DNA of 12,581 bases from Candidatus Heimdallarchaeota archaeon (GCA_019057635.1 DXJL01000189.1:1-12581); one strand, 5' to 3'. Counted from the first letter of the stretch, positions 1-7,151 are shown. Made by a program: numbers and translations. Notes: a model not told the origin generated them from the sequence alone.

Positions 1-125
1 AGATCAGATGACAGCGGTTATCACGTCTTCTATAGTTGTTGTTTACATGCTTTACACTGTTGACGCAAGAACGGTAAAGGTTTTTGGATCAAATCATTTG
101 ATTTACACAATACCATTTGTATATT

Positions 126-1841
126 ATGGATCAAGCAGTTCCTTTTCATGGCCATTCGTCAATGTACGTTATGCACAAGTTTTTTGGCCGAAATCAAGGA
201 CGAATCATACAAGAATACATTAAGTACTACACCCATAAAGAAGGAGAGATCGTTTTAGACCCATTTTGTGGAAGTGGAGTCACTATTGGAGAAGCCTTGC
301 ATTTGGGAAGAAAAGCTATTGGGATTGACATTAATCCAATTTCTATATTTGTCACGAGAAATACATTGCTTTATATCTCACATATGCGACTACTAGAAGA
401 ATTTAAAGCTATAGAAGCAGATATAAAAGTAGACATTTCGAATCTTTATTCAACTCAATGTCTGAAATGTGGAAATGTTATTCCTGCAACCTGTTTTTCT
501 TGGCAAGAATCAAAGTTATTCGACAGGCGTTATGTCTGTCCTCAAGATGGAAAAAGTGTGGAAAAAGTAAAGTCATTTGATCGCGATAGGTATAATGAAA
601 TAAATAATCATTCCATAAACGGTTTTTTTAATTCTACAGGGCTCTTGAACTATTGGTTCCCTGAAAATCCTCTTTATTATTCAGGTGGGAAAGCTTTCCT
701 TAAAAAAGAGCGGTATGACAACATTAGTGATCTTTATACGTATAGAAACCTGATTGCACTTGCTAAATTGCTTGATCGGATTAAAAAGATCCACGAATCC
801 GACCTTAGAGAATCATTTCTTTTTGCTTTTTCTAGTCTGGTTCACTTAGCCTCAAAGATGACCCCCGTGCGTCCATCCCGCCCCTTTAGTTCGTCTTGGA
901 TTCAACCTAGCTATTGGTACTGCCCCAATTATATGGAATCAAATGTTTGGCAATTATTCGAACGTGCAGTTATGGGAAAGCAAGGATTATATCGGGCTAA
1001 AAAGGACTTGAAACTGAAGATAAAACATGTAAAAGAAGTAGACAGTTTTGAAGAGCTCCAGGAAGCAACTCTACCAAGCTTTTTATTATTAAATTCCAAC
1101 ATCACTCAATTAGAGCTCATTCCTCAGAATTCAGTAGATTTTATTATTACTGATCCTCCATATGGACATTCCATCCAGTATGGGGAACTATTATACCTTT
1201 GGGGGGCCTGGATAAACATCCTAGAGGGGTATAATGATATCTTACGGAATGAAATAATCGTTAATTCCAGACAGAACAAAGACCTTGCGATTTACGAACA
1301 TCTTCTCGGACAGGCTTTTCACAAAATATATTCAATTTTAAAACGGGAAAAATACTGTACGGTAACATTCCAAAATCCAAGTTTGTCAATTCGTAACATT
1401 CTATACCGATCCGTTATTCAAACTGGGTTTTTGTTTGAAAGGATAGTTTATCATCCTCCAGCTCGTGCATCGGCTAAAAGTTTGCTTCAGCCTGTGGGGT
1501 CTCAACAAGGAGACTATTTTTTCATCTTTAAAAAACCATTGACAGAAGTAAAAAGAATTTATCATCCAATTACAAGCGAAGAACTGGAAGAATGGATAAT
1601 AGAAATTGTTAAAGATATTCTTACCGCAGAGGGAAAACCACTACCTTATAATCAACTCCAAAATCAACTTGATCCTTTTTTGTACAAGAAATTGTATGAG
1701 TCAAACCTTCTTTTAGCGTTTAATCCCAAAGAAGTCAAAAAAACATTAATGAAATTTATTGGAACTGAATTATCGGTAATCGATAACACACGTAAAGATT
1801 CACCCTATGAAAAACTTTGGTGGCTAAGTGATGGTTCCTAA
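126..1841 (+). CDS. Amino (N6-adenine/N4-cytosine) DNA methyltransferase with Cys-rich (Zn-ribbon-like) insert
   Basis: SAM-binding motif I VLDPFCGSGVT near the N-terminus, catalytic motif IV DFIITDPPY far downstream, and CLKC...C...CP in between. First ATG is 126 (ORF track uses TTG at 117). An in-frame TGA at 99-101 shows the gene is complete. Confidence 0.88.
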   Translation: MDQAVPFHGHSSMYVMHKFFGRNQGRIIQEYIKYYTHKEGEIVLDPFCGSGVTIGEALHLGRKAIGIDINPISIFVTRNTLLYISHMRLLEEFKAIEADIKVDISNLYSTQCLKCGNVIPATCFSWQESKLFDRRYVCPQDGKSVEKVKSFDRDRYNEINNHSINGFFNSTGLLNYWFPENPLYYSGGKAFLKKERYDNISDLYTYRNLIALAKLLDRIKKIHESDLRESFLFAFSSLVHLASKMTPVRPSRPFSSSWIQPSYWYCPNYMESNVWQLFERAVMGKQGLYRAKKDLKLKIKHVKEVDSFEELQEATLPSFLLLNSNITQLELIPQNSVDFIITDPPYGHSIQYGELLYLWGAWINILEGYNDILRNEIIVNSRQNKDLAIYEHLLGQAFHKIYSILKREKYCTVTFQNPSLSIRNILYRSVIQTGFLFERIVYHPPARASAKSLLQPVGSQQGDYFFIFKKPLTEVKRIYHPITSEELEEWIIEIVKDILTAEGKPLPYNQLQNQLDPFLYKKLYESNLLLAFNPKEVKKTLMKFIGTELSVIDNTRKDSPYEKLWWLSDGS

Positions 1842-2019
1842 TGTTTTTCCTTGTGAAGTAACTAGTCCTACATTATTCAGTGAACTACTATATCAAATTA
1901 TCCAGAAATAATTAAATAGATAATTATTAATAAACTGTTAATCGTACCTATTATTAAAGATATAAACACCTTCTATTCAGAAGTTCTAATGAAACTTTAG
2001 AATTAGGAAAGAAAATATC

Positions 2020-2568
2020 ATGTCAAATGACCTAAAACAGGTAATAGAGAACTATAACGAATCAGGATTAAATAAATTGATTGTTAAATTGGATCACGTT
2101 GCTTACAGGGTGAAAATGGGAGAACGAATACCAACAATGCAAGCTATGATGAATTTATTACCCTATCGTGAATTTAAGAACTTTAAAATCCTCAGAGCGA
2201 ATGCCATTACCACATGTATCAAACTTCATGACACTTCGCCTGTAATAGTCATTTCTGAGGGGTTAAATGAAGATTCTATTGTAGAGAAATATTGTCAAAA
2301 ATATGGTTCTCGCGTGCATCATCTGGCATACCTCGTGAAAGACATAGTTAAGGTTGTGGAAATCCAAAAATCTCGTGGTGTGCAATTTACATCTGATGGG
2401 GTAATTGGAAGTGAATCAGAAGGAATTAAACAAATTTTTACAATGCCAATAGGAACAACCAATCATATTATTGAATATATTCAACGATTTGGGGATTTTG
2501 ATGGCTTTTTTACACTTAATAATGTAGAAAATTTAATGATCTCAACAGCAAAGCTTGGAAAAGCCTGA
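2020..2568 (+). CDS. VOC (glyoxalase) superfamily metalloenzyme resembling the C-terminal catalytic domain of 4-hydroxyphenylpyruvate dioxygenase
   Basis: LDHVAY (H26), VHHLAYLVKDI (H101), KQIFT, IIEYIQR (E152) and a GFF..NN...L C-terminal helix. Together these give a 2-His-1-carboxylate metal triad in HPPD-like spacing. Confidence 0.8.
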   Translation: MSNDLKQVIENYNESGLNKLIVKLDHVAYRVKMGERIPTMQAMMNLLPYREFKNFKILRANAITTCIKLHDTSPVIVISEGLNEDSIVEKYCQKYGSRVHHLAYLVKDIVKVVEIQKSRGVQFTSDGVIGSESEGIKQIFTMPIGTTNHIIEYIQRFGDFDGFFTLNNVENLMISTAKLGKA

Positions 2569-2602
2569 TGCTCCTTTTCCTGAATTAGGGATAGTATCGC
2601 AA

Positions 2603-3694
2603 ATGACAGAACATGAACACTGGGCAATCTTTATTGAGGGAGAGGAAGTGAAGTGGACATTCGGCGAACCAAGAGACGACTTTCAACAAATAGTTGTAGA
2701 TTTTTTGAAAGGTCTTGGAACATTCGGAGAGGAGATATTTGGTGAAGGCATTGCGAGTATAACATTCGATCTTCCGCAGTACTCGGGTACAAAAACGGCA
2801 GAAATTTTTATTGTCTCACTACATAATCATTTTTATTTCACTATTAGTAATCCAGCAACAACTCTTATGTTAATCTCAGCAAAAGAGGGAATTCCTTTCA
2901 ATGTTAAGGAAATCATGACTGCTGTATTGGTTGGTCAAGCGTCAATACTTTATGCCACGAGTATTGAAGACGCAAACCAGCAAGATCAAGAAAAAATAAC
3001 CAAGCAGCTCCAAAATATCATCCTTGATATCAATCCATCTTACATTGAAAATAACCAAATTGAAGTCATTGTTGGAAAATCAGGATCAAATTTTGGAATT
3101 CTATCCTTGGAGGAATGTTTGTTATTCCATTATTATTTAAGAAAAAAGGCAGAAAAAGCTGATTATATTTCTCCTACGAGTTGGTGTTTAATTTCTCATC
3201 AAGATGGGGGAGATATTCCCTTTTCTTATGATGTCGAGGATGATGTACTTCTTGGAGGATATTTTGCAGCAATTATCGGATTACTTTCAGTATTATTTAA
3301 CTCTAAGCCTCGATTTATTGCATTTGGTAGTTCTAGTATAAGGAAACTCCGTTTTATTTATGGAAACGAGTTTTTTATGGTAATTGATAAATCTTTCATG
3401 CTTGATCTTCTTCTAACACGAAAATTTCAGAAACAATTCTTTGAAACAAGCTATTCCGTAATAAAAGATATCGCCATTGGGCTCAAAGATCTAATCATTG
3501 AAGAGATCGCACAACATAGTGAGGAGAAACTCAGATTATTTTCGGCTGAGGCATTACTCGATCTTTATATTGGTGAAACAACAGAAACAATGAAGTTTTC
3601 CTTTGGTGATGATGAAGAAGAGTCAGAACTTATACGGGAAGAACAAATTAATCAATTATTAAGAGTCTGGGGAAGGCTTTTAGCAGATTTATGA
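2603..3694 (+). CDS. Hypothetical protein with two putative longin-like domains (Asgard-type)
   Basis: Long ORF, probably starting at ATG 2603 (the track's TTG 2555 overlaps the upstream gene). Two segments show the beta-beta-helix-beta-beta-beta longin pattern: WAIFI...VDFLKGLGTFGEEIFGEGIASITF and WCLIS...DVLLGGYFAAIIGLLSVLFNSKPRFIAF. The CDS is solid; the fold assignment is inferred. Confidence 0.55.
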   Translation: MTEHEHWAIFIEGEEVKWTFGEPRDDFQQIVVDFLKGLGTFGEEIFGEGIASITFDLPQYSGTKTAEIFIVSLHNHFYFTISNPATTLMLISAKEGIPFNVKEIMTAVLVGQASILYATSIEDANQQDQEKITKQLQNIILDINPSYIENNQIEVIVGKSGSNFGILSLEECLLFHYYLRKKAEKADYISPTSWCLISHQDGGDIPFSYDVEDDVLLGGYFAAIIGLLSVLFNSKPRFIAFGSSSIRKLRFIYGNEFFMVIDKSFMLDLLLTRKFQKQFFETSYSVIKDIAIGLKDLIIEEIAQHSEEKLRLFSAEALLDLYIGETTETMKFSFGDDEEESELIREEQINQLLRVWGRLLADL

Positions 3695-3729
3695 GATTCC
3701 TCTATTATATCGTTATTTTAACGACTTAA

Positions 3730-4266
3730 TTATTCTGAATTAATATCACACGAACCTTGAGTTGTAGATTGAAAAGATTTGGACTTAGTGATAACAGATC
3801 GAATAAGTTGAGTGAAAGAATAATTCTCGATCTGTTCAAGCTCTTCTAGAGTGAAGTTCATTTCTCTTAGTGTTTGATGGATTTGTTCTGCTACTTCTGG
3901 ATCTTGTTTATTTCCAACTCCTAGAAAAATAGGTTGGATATCCACAGTCTTATAAAGTTGCTCAAAGGTATGAAAATCAGTTTTGATTTCATTAAAGGCA
4001 TATGAATCGTTTTTTTTAAAAACATATATCATTCCTATGGATCCTCGAAATTCTTTAAAACGAGAAGTCGTAATTTGACTTCCTAGATGGAGATGCTTGA
4101 GATGGAGGCGAACGGGAATGCTACTGACATCCATCTTTATCTCATAACTAGGAGGCGATATATCATCGCTTGGTTTTAATTCTATGAAGTTTTGCAACAC
4201 AGACTCTGCTAGTTTATCTGGGAAACTTGCTACTGAAATTTTGAAAGGAAATTCGCTACGTAGCAT
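3730..4266 (-). CDS. Degenerate Ras/Rab-like small GTPase (pseudo-GTPase)
   Basis: About 178 aa with Rab-like order of elements: FKISV (beta1), VRLHL (beta3), FRGSIGMIYVF (cf. YYRGAxGxxxVYD), AFNEIK (cf. SFxxVK) and LGVGNKQD (G4 NKxD, 3901-3912). No GxxxxGK(S/T) P-loop and no DxxG. Start is ATG 4266 or TTG 4275. Confidence 0.6.
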   Translation of the reverse strand: MLRSEFPFKISVASFPDKLAESVLQNFIELKPSDDISPPSYEIKMDVSSIPVRLHLKHLHLGSQITTSRFKEFRGSIGMIYVFKKNDSYAFNEIKTDFHTFEQLYKTVDIQPIFLGVGNKQDPEVAEQIHQTLREMNFTLEELEQIENYSFTQLIRSVITKSKSFQSTTQGSCDINSE

Positions 4267-4341
4267 GATTATCAATAGAATTTAGTTTTTTAATAAGAAT
4301 TTCATTAGATTTACGAATTTGAAGCTTGATAATTCGAAACA

Positions 4342-4608
4342 CTAACAGCACTGCTTGGATTTCTCAGGTAGATGTAACAATTTACGAACCTTCTTCCGTA
4401 CAACACTAGAAACACAACCACATCCAAGTGGATGAGCTAGTATTGCATCTCTTGGACATTGTAATGCACATGCCCCACATTCTATACATCGTTCACCATT
4501 AACGATCTCAGCCCTTTTATCGTGATTTAAAATGATTATTTGATGGGGACAGACATCTAGACACCAAGCACATCCATTACATATCTCAGTAAATATAACA
4601 GCTACCAT
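4342..4608 (-). CDS. hgcB: HgcB-like 2[4Fe-4S] ferredoxin with Cys-rich tail
   Basis: Two CxxCxxCxxxCP motifs (C10-C20, C41-C51), the second being the HgcB signature CIECGAC. Also GCGC (C63, C65) after the ferredoxin core and a terminal C87-C88. Lies 12 nt downstream of an hgcA-like gene. Confidence 0.88.
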   Translation of the reverse strand: MVAVIFTEICNGCAWCLDVCPHQIIILNHDKRAEIVNGERCIECGACALQCPRDAILAHPLGCGCVSSVVRKKVRKLLHLPEKSKQCC

Positions 4609-4620
4609 CTATACCATCTT

Positions 4621-6285
4621 TCAAAATAATAAATGTTGAATTTCTGAACTAACCAACGGAATAAATATTGCAATAAGACAAAGGATTAATGCCGGTACCA
4701 AAAACAGAGTAAGATCACTTTCGACATCTAAGTGATTAGTATAAGGGGTGTTCCCAGCAAGATCTAGAACTATGAATAAACTCACTACAGTAACCAATGC
4801 TATCCAGAAAATAAAATTATATGGTGAAATGGTTTTTGTCTGAGTTATAAGATAAAGTAAAACCACAATTGAGTTGATTATTGCCACTGAAAGGCCCTTT
4901 TTAAAGAAAGAAGATGTGAAGCTGAAAATTGGGTAGACCCAAATAAATAGCATATTAATAATCAAACCAAGAATAAACAGCTGTAATACCACAGAAACCC
5001 AAAAAGTTGTCAATGGAATCTCTATAGCAGCTAAAATACCAAGAATTAGTAACAAAGGGAGGAAAAGAACACAACTAATGAAGAACGCATGTTGTATTCC
5101 CATTAGAGTTCTAAATGAGAAGTTAAACTCAACTATCGCTGTTTCAGATTCTTTTGTGAATGATTCTAGAAATGGTTCAATATTTTTGATATCTACGGGG
5201 CCAAAAACAGGTTTCCAACCGGCTTTAGACAATTCCTTTCGATCTACTCCTGTTGCTGATAATTGAGGTAATATTAAGGTAGAATGATCAATCCTTTCTT
5301 TGACATCAAATAGCCTAATTGCTTCTAATATTTGTGTATGTGTAAAATGGCCTCCCCCTGCAGCACACCACACATTTATTCCATTCGAATCCACTATTAA
5401 TAGAAAACAATCAACCTTCTCCTTGTTAAGAAGTTTAAAGACAGAATCTACTGTCCAATAGTAATTCGCAGTTACCAGAACCGGTGAATTTCTTCGTGGA
5501 TTCCCAATCCGATATAAGCCAGGAGGTACGCTCTTTCTTGTCAATATTCCATTGACAATACAATAAGCAGTTTTTAATTGTGAAAATGATCCTAAAATAG
5601 CTTTAATGGAGGGAAGTTCTTCAGATATGGCTGAATCATCAACTTTCTTGGTGATTTCGAATAACTTGATTGTTTTCTTTTGAAAAAGAACCGTGCTTTC
5701 AAAAAAGGGATCGATTTTGGTTTCTACTTTCTTTACAGGATTTGTGGAGGGGATGTCCTTAAAAATCGAAACTTGTGCACGGATGAAATTACTAATCGAA
5801 AAACCGATCTTGGATATGCCTGAACTGGGGGCTGTATCGGTAGCAAGAAGGCAAATTCCTTTTTTTTTTAGTAAAAGAGATATCTGTTTCAGGAATAAAG
5901 TTTGTTGAAGAGGAGAAATTTCAGAAAGAGCAAAGGTGGAGATAATAAAATCAAATGAGCCAGATTCTTGAAGTTGTTCGAATATAGGAAAAGCAAGGAA
6001 GTTACCAAGGATGAACTCCAAGTTTATATTCTCTTTTTCAGCCGTTTTTCTTGCATGCACGATCATCTTATCAGAAACATCAATTGCAGTTACTTCTAAC
6101 CCCCGATTAGCCAGATCAATAGCTAATCGTCCTGTTCCACTCCCAATCTCAAGAACACGTCCCTGTTTCCCAATTTTAGTTCTTATTATATCATAAATAT
6201 GTTCAGCTTCAGGGAATCTCTTTTTAAACTCCCAATCGTATGTCTTTGGATCTTTCTCCAATGCTTTCATGTAAACTAAAGACAT
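4621..6285 (-). CDS. hgcA: Class I SAM-dependent methyltransferase fused to an HgcA-like corrinoid-binding membrane protein
   Basis: aa 1-~215 is a methyltransferase (VLEIGSGTG, VTAIDVSDKM, FDFIISTFALSE, LLKKKG). aa ~253-375 is a CdhD/HgcA corrinoid domain (VPPGLYRIGNP, SPVLVTANY, GINVWCAAGGG, LILPQLSATGV, FGPVDIKNI). The C-terminus has about 5 hydrophobic helices with the HgcA-like loops PIFSFTSSFFKKG and AGNTPYT...DVESDL. The symbol means hgcA-like; Hg methylation is unproven. Confidence 0.88.
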   Translation of the reverse strand: MSLVYMKALEKDPKTYDWEFKKRFPEAEHIYDIIRTKIGKQGRVLEIGSGTGRLAIDLANRGLEVTAIDVSDKMIVHARKTAEKENINLEFILGNFLAFPIFEQLQESGSFDFIISTFALSEISPLQQTLFLKQISLLLKKKGICLLATDTAPSSGISKIGFSISNFIRAQVSIFKDIPSTNPVKKVETKIDPFFESTVLFQKKTIKLFEITKKVDDSAISEELPSIKAILGSFSQLKTAYCIVNGILTRKSVPPGLYRIGNPRRNSPVLVTANYYWTVDSVFKLLNKEKVDCFLLIVDSNGINVWCAAGGGHFTHTQILEAIRLFDVKERIDHSTLILPQLSATGVDRKELSKAGWKPVFGPVDIKNIEPFLESFTKESETAIVEFNFSFRTLMGIQHAFFISCVLFLPLLLILGILAAIEIPLTTFWVSVVLQLFILGLIINMLFIWVYPIFSFTSSFFKKGLSVAIINSIVVLLYLITQTKTISPYNFIFWIALVTVVSLFIVLDLAGNTPYTNHLDVESDLTLFLVPALILCLIAIFIPLVSSEIQHLLF

Positions 6286-6290
6286 AATGA

Positions 6291-6328
6291 AACAATTTTT
6301 GAAAAACTTGTTAGGTTTTAAAATTGTT
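6291..6328 (-). promoter_or_regulatory. Putative TATA box (TTTTAAAA, 6316-6323) overlapped by an inverted repeat, upstream of the hgcA-like gene
   Basis: AACAATTTT (6291-6299) and AAAATTGTT (6320-6328) are perfect reverse complements. The TATA-like octamer lies about 31-38 nt upstream of the ATG at 6285. AT-rich context raises the chance rate. Confidence 0.4.
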
Positions 6329-6397
6329 CGTCAATCTGATTAATTAGCGGAAATATATAAGAAATCTAATCAAGCAACAAAACAGTCGCCAAAAACT

Positions 6398-6979
6398 TCA
6401 TTCCATATTCTTAATGGCGTTATATCGAAAACAATTTACTACGTGGTCATTAACCATACCTATTGATTGCATATACGCATAACAGATCGTCGGACCAATA
6501 AAATTAAAACCACGTTTTTTCAGATCCTTGCTTATTCTTACTGAAAGAGGTGTTGATGCTGGGATTTCAGAAAGCGAAAAAAATTGGTTATGGATGGGTT
6601 TATGGTCAATAAACGACCAGATATATTTGTTAAATGAACCAAATTCGTTTTGTACTTCAATGAATCTCTGTGCATTATTTATTGCACTCTTGACCTTCAA
6701 TTTATTACGTATTATGGCTTCATTCACAATTAAACGATCGAAATCTTTGTCTGAAAATTGAGCTACTTTTTTGATGTCAAAATTAGCGAATGCTTTACGA
6801 TAACCTTCTCGTCGTTTCAAGATAGTAGCCCAGCTCAAACCAGCCTGTGCTCCTTCTAAAATTAGTAATTCAAATAGCTCTTGATCATCATGAACTGGTT
6901 CTCCCCACTCCTCATCATGATAATTACGCATTTGTTGTTCCTCACCAGCCCATTCACATCGTTGTTTCTTCTTACTCAA
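6398..6979 (-). CDS. tag: DNA-3-methyladenine glycosylase I
   Basis: RCEW...YHDEEWG, LFELLILEGAQAGLSW, IIRNKLK, GPTICYAYMQSIGMVNDH...C (Zn ligands present). TTG start preceded by GGTG. Confidence 0.96.
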   Translation of the reverse strand: MSKKKQRCEWAGEEQQMRNYHDEEWGEPVHDDQELFELLILEGAQAGLSWATILKRREGYRKAFANFDIKKVAQFSDKDFDRLIVNEAIIRNKLKVKSAINNAQRFIEVQNEFGSFNKYIWSFIDHKPIHNQFFSLSEIPASTPLSVRISKDLKKRGFNFIGPTICYAYMQSIGMVNDHVVNCFRYNAIKNME

Positions 6980-7142
6980 CCTGTTGCACCTGTTAATACA
7001 GAAAATTCAATATAGGTTTCTTCTTATTATAAATCTCCCTCGGTTGTTTCTGATTATTATTCATTAGAGGTTAATAAATAGAAACTAGATATTCTTCTTA
7101 TTGACATCCATAATGAAATCAGAATTTGTTTGAGCACAAGTA

Positions 7143-7147
7143 GGTGA
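7143..7147 (+). promoter_or_regulatory. Archaeal-type Shine-Dalgarno GGTGA of the agmatinase gene
   Basis: GGTGA ends 4 nt before the ATG at 7152. Confidence 0.55.
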
Positions 7148-7151
7148 ATCT

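Noticed and set aside
8-223. 71-aa + strand ORF
   Set aside because: It overlaps the methyltransferase start in another frame and has no recognisable motif.
4314-4336. CGAATT...AATTCG inverted repeat just downstream of hgcB
   Set aside because: The stem is short with no clear U-tract, so it is insufficient to call a terminator or operator.
4609-4623. Sec/Pyl readthrough producing a single MTase-HgcA-HgcB polypeptide
   Set aside because: It would need recoding of both a TGA and a TAG within five codons at non-catalytic positions. hgcB has its own ATG and no recoding element was recognised.
5160-5529. Corrinoid domain as an ordinary Wood-Ljungdahl CdhD/CdhE subunit
   Set aside because: It has the Cys-containing cap helix, a TM domain and an HgcB-type neighbour, lacks the TIM-barrel portion, and no cdh/acs genes are nearby.
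5078-6196. Three short + strand ORFs (5078-5266, 5693-5908, 6011-6196)
   Set aside because: They are antisense shadows of the well-supported MTase-HgcA gene.
5640-6285. N-terminal methyltransferase domain as ArsM (arsenite methyltransferase)
   Set aside because: The domain has only one Cys (GICLL), whereas ArsM needs several conserved As-binding cysteines.
6528-6761. 77-aa + strand ORF
   Set aside because: It is antisense to tag and has no motifs.
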